From: Bugula neritina
Lineage: Eukaryota > Animalia > Bryozoa
Reading direction: 5' to 3'
NCBI GenBank assembly: GCA_964035545.1
Contig: OZ037770.1
Span: 8,624,973-8,688,972 of the forward strand
Length of the DNA: 64,000 nucleotides
Both the position numbers and the translations under genes were made by a program. Numbering within the stretch: the stretch's first letter is position 1; each line of letters begins with the position of its first letter. Positions 25,201 through 48,900 of the stretch are shown in pieces. The notes under the pieces were generated by a model. That model saw only the letters and a list, made by a program, of their open reading frames with translations. It made no database searches and was not told the DNA's origin.

Positions 25201-28054
25201 AAGGAAGCACAGGCTATGAAGGAACAAGCAAATCGTAAATAGGAAGTCTATTAATATATACATGAGTAATTACGTAATGTTACAAAATGTTACGCCCAGC
25301 CAACAATAACAGCCCTTAAATAAAATAATATGGAGTTTCCGATAACACACCTTGAAGTTGTTTCACAATTTAAGAAATTTATCCATTGCTACAGAGCAAG
25401 TTATTTTAACTCTTAATATTCCTTGAAAGGAACCACCAGCTTGTCATACAGATATCAGGTATGGAAGTTGTCCTACCATTATCAGTCCTTCGTCAACCTT
25501 TCGACATTTCAGCATCAGACTTTTCTCATTGAGTTGGCAAAGACACTGGGCTATCAATCCTTCAAGAATAGATTTGTATCTTGATTGGTCTTTGGTTATA
25601 CTGGCCAGTCTCTCCTTGGCCAAATCCAATAACACCTGAAATACATCATGTGGAGGTATGACAACTCCAAGGCTATCAGTTGATGCATTTCAGAAACTTT
25701 TTAAATATAGAATGTTATCAGAATATGACTACTTGCAAACACAGAAGAAAAACCAACTCATGAGGTTGAAAATGAAACTACACGTAGCACATGGTGACTA
25801 CACTAGTAGCCTTAGATCACTAGTAGCCCTAGGTCTCAGAACAAGACAGGCATACTTACTGAGACGTGATCTTCCCGAGCCTTCAACACTTTCAACCTTG
25901 ATGCGTTCAGCATGTTAGAGTTTTGACTGTAACAGGATATTTAGAGTGACTCATTGCACACGAGTTTCAAATGCTATGAATTTTTAGGAACTTACAAAAC
26001 ACTCCTATGTTTCATGAGTTTGAAAAACTTTATATATCTAAATACATGTCATCTTAGAAAAATATAAACCAGCAAAAATATATTCAACAATACGCTTAGA
26101 ACTTTTGCTACCTGAATTTTGAGCATGTTAACCAAACAGTGCATGAACACACATTCTGCCATAGAGATACATATATTTAACATTGCATCACCACACTACC
26201 GTGCACACACAGAACCTATACAGATGTAGCAGTACACCATAAGAGATACAAAACTCACATTTTCTTGGCTAGCTCCACCTGTTTCTCTTTCCTCTCGTAG
26301 TACTCCATAATCTTAATCCTTTGCTGCTGCACCAGTCGGCCTTTCTCAATATTGAACTCTTCTTCAGCCTAGAATATAGACAGTCACACATGCTTACAGG
26401 CGAATATACGTGTGCGAGTATAGAGGAAGTGATGTTATGCAGGTACACTTGAATGGAGCTAGCATTTTTACAATGTATACATAACTATAAACAAAGTGTG
26501 TAAGAGTTGATATAATGCCACAACTCTATACTACACAGAATTGACGCTTTAAGCAGTTGATTGCAGAACCAATCATAATAGTCTTGTCCAAGTAGAGTCT
26601 ACAATAACACCAGAAAGTACTCGTATTTATAGGTTTTCTGTAAAAATCCAACAACATTTTCAATACATATTATCTAAAAAAGAATACCTTAGTTTCTATC
26701 TCATCAACTTTTTCACGGGCTTCTTGATCAATGAAAGCAATCATATGCTTGATCTGAAAGTAGTACAGTACAATTTTAGTCATGTAAACCAGATCAGATC
26801 CTCTTCAACTTTGAAGTAACGCAATTAGATCTAATCAATATAATTACTAAAATTAACATGTGAAACATAATGCATACCACAAAAATTCCAATATTGTGAA
26901 AAAAAGATCACTGACAATATTTGTTGAGCTACGCAGGATAAGAATGTTCAAAACATACTTTAGTTTAATGATAAATGATTGAGTCAACCCGAACACACAT
27001 TTACATGTGAAGGAGAAAAAATTATAACTTTACAAATTAACAGTTAGGTGACAGCACTCAGCCCGACATTTGTATTGCTACTACAAACACAAATATATTG
27101 AGCTAGTCAAATAATTTCATTTATTTTGAAACCTACTCATATTGAACATATCTTGAATTATAATTAGTCATTCACATAAATGGAATTTCATTCAGCAATT
27201 TTTACCTACACCAGGACTTAATCTGATGACAATAGCAATAATATATATCAATAATAACAATAATATTAGTATTTAATGCTACAATAATATTTATATTATA
27301 GCACTTAATAATAATATTACCACCCTGAAAAAGTTTCTATAATGTCACATTCCAATTTTCAATTACTCTGCGAATAATTTTCATTACGTTTAATTACAAT
27401 TAAATTTTTAGTTACAGCCAATTTCAGAGTCAGTGTCAAACTTATAATGATTATGATAACACTGAGTTTGACAATCAGTATCACCTAGGGCTAGTCTTAC
27501 TCTTAGTAGAGACTCAAAGCCGCACTCACACTATTAATAATGTCATCACTATGAAATTGACCATCAGTATCAGTCTATCACTATCACTATGAGTATGAGC
27601 CTGATAGCAACCAGCAAAAATACTGAATAGCAGTTATTTGTTAACTTACTAACCGTATAAGTATCAATATTGTATCTGCACTTGAAACTAAACTTAATGT
27701 CCGGTCACCGGTGAGTGTAACTTGTGTCTATCAGTGCGATTGTCACATTTAAAGTCAATGGTTTTTAGAAAATATAACTGGTTACCGTTATGATTAAAAC
27801 TAGAGACAATCAAAGTTTCAAATTTTAAAGCTGCTCTCATACTGACAAAAAACTGATAAAGCTGAACCAAAATAAAAAGGAGTAAAAATAAAAGATCGAA
27901 GTTCAATTTGAAGCAAAACTTCAACTACTAGTACTAGCAAATAAGTTGAATAAAACTTTAGTTTAAGTTTAACTTCAAGTTTAATCATAAAACTCAAATT
28001 CTAGCAACAAATCAAATTTACCTGCTTTTGAACATCTTGATCACTTAAAGCCAT
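22270..28054 (-). CDS. ATP6V1E1: V-type proton ATPase subunit E (226 aa)
   Basis: Eight exons: 28022-28054, 26688-26753, 26259-26368, 25860-25926, 25477-25635, 24968-25062, 24268-24355, 22270-22332 (681 nt). Translation: [50 protein letters not shown]...GGVEL...[11 protein letters not shown]...[12 protein letters not shown]. Confidence 0.98.
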
Positions 28055-28182
28055 CGCTATAAATCTACAAGGTAAGCACTCTTCAACAGCACTAAACTTT
28101 TTAAAGAAAAAATGTTGACTTGGATTTAAAGTGATCAGTAGAATGAGTATTTATCGCTAGCTCAACCTGTATAGAATCAATG

Positions 28183-28196
28183 ATTGGTCATGTGAC
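28183..28196. promoter_or_regulatory. M-box/CLEAR-like MITF/TFEB site (GTCATGTGAC) overlapping a CCAAT box in the V-ATPase E promoter
   Basis: ATTGGTCATGTGAC lies about 130 bp upstream of the ATG. MITF/TFEB-family control of V-ATPase genes through such motifs is established in flies and mammals. Confidence 0.65.
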
Positions 28197-29797
28197 AAAG
28201 TGTCAAGGTCGGTACTGTAGTTTGCCTTGGAAACTTAGAACAGACAATATTAACGATGCGTACTCATATGAACACGATATAAAACCGCCGGCCTAATAAA
28301 TACTATTTTTCTAACTTGTGATTGGCCAATTCTTAACAGGTTTAAATGCCTAACGTATGCAAATTTGCAACCTTCCGTTTTAGGCTGAGCAACAATATAA
28401 CACAGTAGTCCCGTCAGTGTAAAGGGCCAATTTTATTTATTAGCTATCATTTTACCTGGCTCAAAGAATGTTGCGCTTACAAGGAAACAAGGCAACTATT
28501 AAAATAATAGATGTACATTTTGAAATACATATCTTATAAAAAGGACACAACTTGAATCATGGCTCAAAAAATATGATCTTAAACTACACTGCAAACTATT
28601 TCATATACACTTTGTATAGGTGCAAGTTAGAACACAATGCTTCACAAATGTTTTACTTATAGATGTATCTTTTGGATGCAGGGGTTATATAATTTGCACC
28701 GCTGAAACATTGACATTCCAATTTTTTCCTAAACTATAATATAGAGTGAGCTTAAGACAGCACATGTATATTGATGACATAATATTATAACTGTAATTAT
28801 TATAATTTAAACACAGTGGAAAAAGAATACAGTATAACATTATAGATATTTTTTATGTGCATGACCATCAGCTAGTGCATATTAGCTGATTATCATGTAG
28901 TATGTAAGCTATCCCTTTGCAAAAGATATACTACATAAGACTGTCGTTTATTAAACAAATGATAATAATACTGATAGAATGTTCATTACGTTAAAATGTA
29001 ATATATTATATAGGCTGCATGATTACAAAAACCTACCAAGAAATCTACTATACCTAATTTTGCTATTTCTGCTAACGCCTAATTATTAACGGTATTAATT
29101 CTTTGATGTGCAATGTGTTTCACCTTTAAAATTTGTTTTGTTGCTTTGCATTATTATATTGTGTAGACAAGGATGTAAAAGTTTAGAATAACAGCCATTA
29201 TAATATAAAAATAGCAGCAGTGGATTATTTACTGCCCCTACTTTAAAACTTTTCTTTGAATGTATGTTATCATAAAAATCAGAGAGACATTTTATTGTTA
29301 TCAAAACATTGTAAGAATATAAAATAGAAAAATTTAAATTAGTTCAGCCTGAACTATAGAAGAATTGTATGTATGGTCCTTTACAGTTATTACATCAATA
29401 CTCATAATGAAGCGGAATTGGAGGATAACAACATTTCTGGTTAGCATAACAGCATACTATCTTGCATGATATGATCAGCCAGCTCACTACCAAATATTTT
29501 TTTCTAATGTAACAATTATTTATATGATTGCCATTTTTATACAACTTCTTATGTAATTATCTTCTTTTGTCAAGTTCTAAGCCTATAAATGAATTATACA
29601 TTTTTACAGCTCTTCAAAAATCATGAAAAGGCAGAATACTTATTTGAAACACTGCCTGCTGAAATAAAATTCCTCATTTCCAAAATTGATCTTGACAAAA
29701 AATTATCCTTATACCAATTGTATATAGGAAGTTCTCATATTACCAAAGATGAATTGCTATATAAATATATAATAAATAAAAAATTCAACTGCCTAAC

Positions 29798-30418
29798 CTA
29801 TGAACCATAAGTAGAGTTTTGATAAACTTTAAGGGAGGAGGCTCTACGGTGAGCTGTTTCCACACTCAATAGCTGAAACTGTGACTCATCCTTGTCTGTA
29901 TTCTCATTCTCCGTTTCCTGCGGTGACCTTCCCAGTTTTGGTGGTGTACTATTGACCTTAGAGAGCTTCCTCTTTGCTGAACAATCATCATCTAAATCCA
30001 AATGGAATCCATTCTTCATATAATGTCGTATAGCAATAGACTTCTTTACGTCATCATCAACATGCACATTCACTGTTACTTCTCCACATGTGAAGCTACA
30101 GTTTTCCGTTCCTTGCGTCGAGCCTTTGGTGTACAAACTTACCACATCATGTTCTCTAGAATAAGCTGCATGCATAGCAGGCCCCGCTTTTCTTTTCAAA
30201 GTTCTTTCTCGTTTTATTGAGGCAAGTTTTAGTCTGAAAGTTGACAAGCAGAAAACTGTTCCAAAGATTGTGCAGACTAACAAGAAAGTTGCAGCACCAA
30301 CCAAAAGTCCAACTGTAGAAGTGGATAGGCCTGTGAGCGTCTCCACTGGTGACTGGCTGCTGCTGCTGCTGTTGCAGCTGCTAAGGTGTGTTGTGTTATT
30401 TGAGAAGAACCCAGGCAT
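29798..30418 (-). CDS. Intronless single-pass membrane protein of unknown function (206 aa)
   Basis: A non-repetitive 621-nt ORF with higher GC than its flanks. It has a Ser/Thr-rich N-terminus with N-x-S/T sequons, one hydrophobic helix (VGLLVGAATFLLVCTIFGTVFCL) and a basic stop-transfer stretch. Confidence 0.75.
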   Translation of the reverse strand: MPGFFSNNTTHLSSCNSSSSSQSPVETLTGLSTSTVGLLVGAATFLLVCTIFGTVFCLSTFRLKLASIKRERTLKRKAGPAMHAAYSREHDVVSLYTKGSTQGTENCSFTCGEVTVNVHVDDDVKKSIAIRHYMKNGFHLDLDDDCSAKRKLSKVNSTPPKLGRSPQETENENTDKDESQFQLLSVETAHRRASSLKVYQNSTYGS

Positions 30419-31711
30419 GCCTCTGTAGCTTCTTTCAGGCTGCGATCAACTACATTGTAATGGCAGCGCTAATGAACGCTGAGGTTTGCTATGTGTTGAG
30501 CTGCTTCACTGAATTTTGTCCTTATTGAAGAGGGAGACACAATAAGAGCTGTATAACATAATTACTGCTCTGCTAACACTGTGCGTTATACATAAGCTGC
30601 TGGATGAGCCACTTGTGTACGGAAAGGAGATAAATATATTGAGTAACTTTGTTAGCTTGTACTGTGTGCATCCTGTGCTGTGAACGTAGAGTCGCCCACA
30701 TTAATAAGAACACAAGGGAATTTACTACAAACAAATTAAATCTGAAGAAATGCAAGTGATTTAAAATATCTGCTATATATATCCTATTTAGACTCTCAAA
30801 ATAATTCTCAATGTATAAATCACAATGCTGAAAAAAGCTGGTTGCTAGTCTATGTAGTAATTGTAATTATGTGTTGCTAATGTGAGTTTAAGATTAAAAC
30901 AATATGCACATAGAGCTGTGAAGGAGTTGTGTGCTTCTACACTCAATATTGTATCTCATTTCACTATAGAATCAATAGTTTATGCCTTGAAAAGTCATTT
31001 TATATTGAAATACATGTAAAAATACATTAAAGGCAAAATCGTTTCTATAAGAAAATGTATTAGTTATGTTTAGTTATGGAAAGATTGAAGAAACTGCGCA
31101 GCTGAAACTTAAATAGTTAATGAAGTTTGAAAGTCAGGAGTTTTTTTTTAAATCTATTTTATATTTTTACCAAAATCCAATATAAAGTTGATGAATACCA
31201 AACACAGTCTGTAATAGTGCAATGTATGTATTGCTATACAAAATTGAAACACCAAACACCACAAATCTTTATTGAATTGTCTTCACGGTATTACAATGCT
31301 AATTTTATGTACCATATAACAGTATAGTATATTACAACACGTAGCTTTTATAAGATATAGTACAATACAGTGTTTAAGCATTTTTTGATAATTTTTACTA
31401 TTTTGAGTAAAAGTAAAACATCTAATTTAAACAAACCAACACTAAAAGCACTTTTCATGAAAATAGACAAATTTCAGTGATAGTTACAAAAGAGCACCTG
31501 CTTCATCTGAACATGACTAAGTTTTGTCAAAATAATAAATTCATACTGATATTAGATTTTTATTACACAATAGCTATAATATGAAACAATCACATATTTG
31601 AAAAATGACCAAACGAGATGCACTGTAGTATGTACTTTGCACAAGGTGTAAACAATATGTAGGGTAGATATATGAATCGAGTACTGGGGTTGTCTTATGC
31701 TATGTCGTACT

Positions 31712-41470
<9,759 letters not shown>

Positions 41471-42472
41471 GATTAAGTGTTCACTAAAAACATTGAAAAT
41501 GATTCATTGCACTGATAAGTAGAATTGTAGCAAGCTGCTGCCACTACTGGTGAAATGCTGCCGAAATGCTGCTGTGTAACATTAAAGTGTTAAAAAGCTA
41601 ACCAATAGTTTCTCTCTAAATTAATAACATGAGCGCATTAAACAAGCGCTTCCACCATGTTTGTAATGCTTGTTAGCAAAGGTGAACTTGCTATATATTC
41701 TTTGAATAAGAAAAATAGCCAGTAGTTAAGCAAGAATTGCTATGTTTCTAAACAGCAACTCAATAGTAAAGGTAACGGTAAAGTTTTATATTAATTACTT
41801 GTGCTGTCAAACAATGCTATAGAGATCATTAGCATTTATACAGCAAGATGGTAATTTACTTGATGCATTGTCACAACTACTTTCTACAGATATGAAGAAT
41901 ATTGATGCGCTGCAACTGAACGCTTCAAATTCATCAGTTGAATGATGATGTTTGCATTATTTAAACCATAGATGGATATAAGAAAACTAGAGAAAGAAAC
42001 ATGAGATATGCAAAATGGAAATAATTATTGTTTCAATTTTTTTCCATACATCGTTGATTTCGATCTAGATTGCTTCACATCCATGTAGAAATTGAAAATT
42101 TTATTTACGAATTTTACTAGAAACATAGCTATGAGAAAAATCAATTATTGTATTGCATAGAAAGAACTCCATGCTATAATATTGATGTGCCACATTGACA
42201 TAATTATTCTTACATAGGGTTATGTTAAAGCTTGCATGAATATAATACAAATAATCTTTAACACAGGGTTCTTTGCTGTTGTGGTGATATTGGAACCCGA
42301 AATTTGACAGTAAATATATAATAGTTGTTTATGATTAGTTTTGCAAATGGTGAAGTTACTTAGTGATTGAATAAGCTGTTGAATAATTAGACTTGGTAAA
42401 CACAATTAGCTACTCATGGGTGCTTTTCGAACAAATAAATGCAGAACATAAATAAGTGCACATATCTATGCT

Positions 42473-42692
42473 ACACACACACACACACGCACACACGCGC
42501 ACACACACACACACACACGCACACACACGCACTTTGCACAGCTGCGCACAGTCTGCACACGCACACACACGCACTTTGCACAGCTGCACACAGTCTGCAC
42601 ACACCTACACACAGTCTGCACACAGTCTGCACACACTGCACACACTGCACACATGCAATGCACACACCTACACACACCTGTGCACACTACAC
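42473..42692. repeat. (CA)n-derived compound repeat
   Basis: Direct read. Confidence 0.9.
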
Positions 42693-45600
42693 TCATTTTA
42701 CAAACTACAAATGCTATGTACACTATAACACACAGACAAGAACATGGCGAGATAACTATTTATAAATGCAGAAAAAATTGAGACAAGGCGAAGTGTTACA
42801 ACACTAAACGTATGCATCACTCTGGTATGTTGCTACAATTATGTAACTTGTGGTGCAGAAATTTGTCAAAAAAACTTCTTTGAAAAAGTCCTGATAATCT
42901 AACTAAAACAAACTGTTCATAATACATAGGAAAAATTTATAGCCCTCTCTCATTTAAGTGAAGCAAAATTGCAAGTAACAGTTATGACTTTAACTTGACA
43001 TTATATGAATGTTTACTAAAATTTTTACAAACTTAAATTTATTTTGCATAGGTATGCTTAGGCCTATTGGGTTTAGCTTTAGTTAAAGGTGTATACAGCA
43101 GTTAACTATATTGAATGACATAAGTAAATTCTGAATACACTGCTTATAATATATTACATATAATAGTATATTATTGAAACATATGTATGAAGCTATGAGT
43201 TTATGCTTTGTTAACTTTAAATTAAAAAGATTAAATTTTTTTACATAATCAGGCTTTACCAAAAATTTACTAACAAACTTTAATTAATTTTCAGCTTTGA
43301 ATAGAATTACATCTGAGCCAATTTGCTGATCAGGGGCTGTTTGCTACCAATGTAATGTTACAACTGTCAATTCAATGACAAATATATATATTACATAAGG
43401 CTTTTCACTACGTGCTCAATTTCTTCTAGGATGCTACAAAATTCATTATATTGCAATTAGAAGTAGCATGTTGACCTTGAACTTAGTACTATGACGTCAC
43501 TAAAGGTAACAAGTTACAACATTTCCTGGTTTCAACTTCATGCAATGCTAATTCCCAAAAATACCTGACTTTTTACTAAAAGGAATTTGCCAAATTTATT
43601 ATTTAATCTAGTATCTCTAGCCAATCAGATGCAACCTTCTACTCAATTATAGTGTCAAATCAGGAAATTGTACCACAAGGTACCAACAGGTGAATATTGC
43701 AGAGATAAAATGGTAGCTTGTATTTTAATGGATAAACAATTGTAATCCAGGTAAACAATCGTAATCAACATGAAACCAATGAAAACTCTAGTGAGCATAA
43801 GCCAATCAAAATATGTTGATGACATTTATCTACCTGCAGGTATCAATAGGTTTCAGGAAACAGTAAGTTATGAAAATATCATTTCTTTTTGATAATAATC
43901 TGTGAATTCCTGTATCTATGACTCATTCGTAGCATAACGCAAATCTATAGCTTACAGCTCACAACTCTAGCTGGTGGCAAACTTATAGTATTATTTGTGA
44001 ATTACAATATAACAGCAATACTAAACATGTCTTGCAGAATGTAAAGTAATCTGTTATAACTTGCATAAAAATATCTTTTTATTAAAAATAAATAGCAACA
44101 ACAGATTAAGGTAATTTTTTTAAGAGTACCATCAAATGCTTTCAATATTAGCTAGGTCATTCTCCTCTTTTATAAAAAAAGTGTTTCTATGCTTGTTTTT
44201 TTAAAGCTAGACAACACTTATGCTAGTAAAATAGTATTTATTTTGCTATTAAAATAATATATAGTGGATCACAAAACAAAGTGAAAAGAGTATTTCTTTT
44301 CTGTGGTACTTACTAGGGATTTAGTGCAAATCTTTTATTACATTTTTATCTTATTTACTCGAGCATTTTTATATTTTTTATTAGCAATACATCAAAATAG
44401 TAAGTTTAATATAACCCACCCATCTATAGCAGTATGTTGTTTACCTGAAAAAAATTTTCACAGTGAATTCATTACTTGTGTTTTGATGAAAAATAAAACT
44501 GCTGGTAAAAATGAAAAAAAAACAGAGGAAATGTTTTTCCTAAATTTTCTATTATTATTCATAATCTATAGGTAAATAAAGTTCTGATATCAAAAAGCTT
44601 GAATAAATGGGAAGATAATTCTTGCGAGCTGTTAATAAAAATGCATAAAATGATAATTACTGTCACATTGTTTGTTCAAAATTTTTTTGAAATTATTGAT
44701 GTTCACAAATGTTAAGGGTGGCAGTCAATTTTATAACTATAAGGTTATTATTTTTGCTATTCTATTTGTAATTATTATTCTAGAAGCAGCCCATGGTAAA
44801 TTTGTAAAGTATATTACATGCATATAATATTATATCATTAGCTAGAGACTATACCTAGCAAATAATATTGTTTCACAGATAAAATAGACTTTGATGGACA
44901 GACAAGTTATGGATCATAATTTTTGATTTAGAAATGAAAGCAATGCTATAACACTTGCATAAAGGCTAATTGTTATTAGAACAATTGAATGCTGTAATGA
45001 ATTCGCAAGTTTACACAAATTAAAGTTGGAGTATTATTTCACATCAAATAATTTATGTTATAAACTTTAATTAAAGTTTTGAAAATAAATAGGGTTTCAA
45101 AAAATTGATTGCAAAGCTAAACAAAAAATATTTAAATATCAAAAACGGCATTGCTTTGTAAAATATTATGTTAATATACGATGTTATTGGAAACTTTAAT
45201 TGGCAAATTACAATTTATGTAGGTTTCATTGAACCTGTTTTGTTATTGACCATTTTGCTGTCAAGGCAAGTAAAACTTATAACGGTTTTTTATATTACTC
45301 AACTTTTTTGCAGTCAAAAACTTTCTTGTTGTTTTTATACAATAATTGTAAAATACTGTAAGTTATGATATAAATATTATACTACTATAAAAGGAATAGT
45401 TATTACAGTATAAATGATGAAGTTTTATTAAATAAACTGGCTATATAACAATATAAAATTATATAACAATATATGATTATATAAAAATATAAGATTATAT
45501 AACAATATATGATTATATAACACCAATGCCCAATTGAATATATTATAATAAAGCATCTTAAGATACTATTATATTTGTTAAACAAAACAGGTTTCACAGC

Positions 45601-45879
45601 AAAGTTGCTTCTATCAAAAAACCTGTCTATAATGATAATTATGTTCACAGTGAACAGTAAATTTTCTATTTGTAAAATAACATATAGTTCTAACTTCACG
45701 TATATTTATTAACATATGTTGACTACTTTACCAACTTCTGTTGAAAATAAGATATTTTAGAATTGAGGCTTAGAGTAAATACGTGACTGAATTTTGTAGT
45801 ATCAAGGAACAGGCAGAGAATTAGCAATAACAACACCTGTCAGGTTGACACTTGTATGGCAAACTGCCAAAAAATATCT

Positions 45880-45886
45880 TATAAAA
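45880..45886 (+). promoter_or_regulatory. TATA box of the cystine-knot gene
   Basis: TATAAAA about 70 bp upstream of the ATG at 45952. Confidence 0.55.
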
Positions 45887-45951
45887 GTGAAATAGTTTTC
45901 TCTGAATTTTATTTCTCTTCCTTCCACGAGACTTGCTTAAGGTCTTAGAAA

Positions 45952-48900
45952 ATGGAAATTAAGACTACAATGGTAAGTTTGCATAACTCGTATTTACAAT
46001 ATGCTGGGCTTTTTCTGCAGTTTATATTATTGCAATAGTCCGTTATATTATTGGTAGGTAGTGTAATAAGAAGGTTCAACTTATCCATCTTAATAGAATA
46101 ATAGCGGTAAATATTTGTAGTACACGTACAACATGGAATGTAATGCAGTTTATACTAATGGCAATAAAATATAATGGGGTAATGTAACACAACTGAATAT
46201 AATACTTTAGAATAATGTAGACATATACAATATGACAGTGCAAGGACAAAAAACCATTGCTGTGTGTATATTGTAAAAAGCATATAACATTAGATTACGT
46301 TACGCAATGTTGTTTTGGAAAAATTCTTCGGTTATAAAAATTTGATTAAAGATTACACAAACGAAGCTAATGCTAATGCAGTGTTGCACTTTCATTGTTT
46401 TTATTCCGTTGACAGCTATAGTTCCCAAAGTTTCCATTATTAGCATATTATTTGTTTAGATTACTTAAACATTTTATGATATAGATTTTAATATTGAACC
46501 CAGTTGGAGTAAACTTCAAGCCTTTACAGCTTTCTAATTATTTGTTTATACAGTACAGTCTGTTTCTGACCTAATCATTATAGTCTAAACAGTACAACAT
46601 TCTTTTTCAAGTTTTACAATCTCACAACATAACTTCAATTTATATTTTATGAAATATATTTGTCTAAATTACCTAAAAGCTGAATTTTCTACTGACAAGA
46701 TAATTTCAATCAGCATAATATTGTTGGTTTATAGTTTGCAGTAGGCTACAGTGCTCTCTCCACATCTCATGGTACCAGTTTTCACAAATTTCCAGAGGTC
46801 ATGGGAAGAACTTAGACTCCTGTTTTTGTGGCTTATGTTTGTGTGTATAGGGACATAATAATTGAATTTAATAAATCAGTGATTTAAATCTAGTATTCTA
46901 ACATGTCACGAATCGTGGTTTTCGGACCGTAGCTTAGTGAGATATAGTGGGAGCACTGTATATGGTTTCGACCAACATATCATTTCTACTTTCTGTAACA
47001 CTGTTTGACCATTAGGAATACCTATTAGTAAAACTTTACAGCAAATTGAAGGCTATAATTAGTATAGTTATTATATCTTAAAAATATAATGATTTTTTAT
47101 ATAAAGAGCAAATATTTGTAGATATTTCAGCTGTTAGTCCTAGCAGGAGTGGTCATGGTTAATGTGACGGGTCAAGTACCCCCCAACAATTGTCAGGCCT
47201 CTTCTGGAATATGCACTGCTATGTCCCGTCAACAAAGCTACAGGTTAATATGAATTAGTTTTACAATGCATATAAGCTAAAATAAAAACTAAAGAAAATC
47301 TTCATTAAAAGCTCCTAATTTGATCATAGTGTTGGACAGAAATTATTAAGATTTTTACTTAAAGTAAACATATTTGCCCAGTCCCACAATATACTAATTT
47401 ATGCAAACTTTTAAAACAGATACTATAAGCTAAAATCATAAAATTTTTCAATTTATGAGTGTAATAAGAGAAAATTGTAAAAATGCTATCAAAACTTCAG
47501 CACATGATAGCATTATGTTGCAATGGGATAAATATAGGAGTTATCTGCACAGCTCTCTTGTCTATAAATGAAAAGTTTTGGAGCAAACTGTAAAATAATG
47601 ACAACTTTGCAGGAGTTCAGATGTTGGAGAGATGGAAAGAGCGTTTGCAGCAGAGTACAATAGCAACAAAGCAATGTACTCGGGTTCTGCCTCTTCGGCC
47701 AGGTCGGTAGGAGCCTCTGATACAAGTTCGAGAAGTTTGGGAGTTTCTTCCTCTTTGTGAGTAGTTATGATGATGTAACCACTTGTTCACTTACTATATC
47801 TAAATTACTTTTATACACGTGCTACATTATATGCAGTATAATATCTAAATTACTTCTACACAAGTGTTACATTATATACAGTATAACATCTAAACTACTT
47901 CTACACAAGTGTTACATTATATACAGCAGGATATCTAAACTATTTCTACAACACTATTGGCTTGGCATTTGTGGAATAGGAACTTATTAAATAACTTTAT
48001 CTATTCTATTCTGCAAGCTATCATGCAAATTTAAACCTGCCGAAATTATTCAAACCTAAATATCTCTAGTTTGAGAATTCACATGTTTCTTGTCTAATAA
48101 AATAGTAACTGAAACAATCACCATATCTCTACATATCATTATAATACTGGAGCTGCAATCACTATATTATTATATAATTATTATCTATAATATTTCTATT
48201 TTATACATCTATGACCTTTTATTACTATATTACAGTCAATAACCTTAAATTACTATACCTTCATAGTTATAGCTATACCTATGCCAACTATTATGTTTAT
48301 ATCGCCTCTCAACTAAATTACAAACTTGTTTATATTCTCCTAAAGGTTCAGAGGCAGCTGTCAGAAGACATGTTGGTACTGGAGACCCTTCAGTCTGTAT
48401 GATGGGAAGTGGTGGCTGGTGGTACAGTATGGCCCCCACTGGTACCAGTGGTTCAGGTACTGCTGGTGCAGGAACAGAACGTGCCACAACCGAACTGTAA
48501 GTTCACTATAACACACTACGCTACGTAGTACAAATACTACTACATGAGTGTTGCTATATTTTGGTATGTTGAAATAACTGAGTGTAGTGTAACGTTTGCC
48601 AAGTGGCCCCTTAGTGGTTAAATGAGTAGTGGGCCTGCTTGGAAGGCGGAGGTCTCAGGTTTGAGTCCCAGTGGGGGGAAATGTTTTGCACAAAGAATAC
48701 GCTGTACTGCTCTCTAACTTCTCAATAGCTTAAGAATTTGAAGTTTTTTGTGAAAGAAACATGTCTTATAAGAATAAGTATTACATTCATGGGAGATAAT
48801 TACCAAAACTACACGATCTTATTATACAATCTCAGGGTCCAATCATATGGCGAGGAAGGTGCAGTCAAGAATATTCCTGGGTTCGGTTCTTGGTTTGGAG

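Noticed and set aside
42410-42765. His/Thr- and Cys/Val-rich ORFs
   Set aside because: Translation of a (CA)n-derived repeat.
48245-48487. Minus-strand Pro-rich ORF in the track
   Set aside because: It is the antisense shadow of the Trp-rich exon 4 (TGG becomes CCA) of the plus-strand cystine-knot gene.
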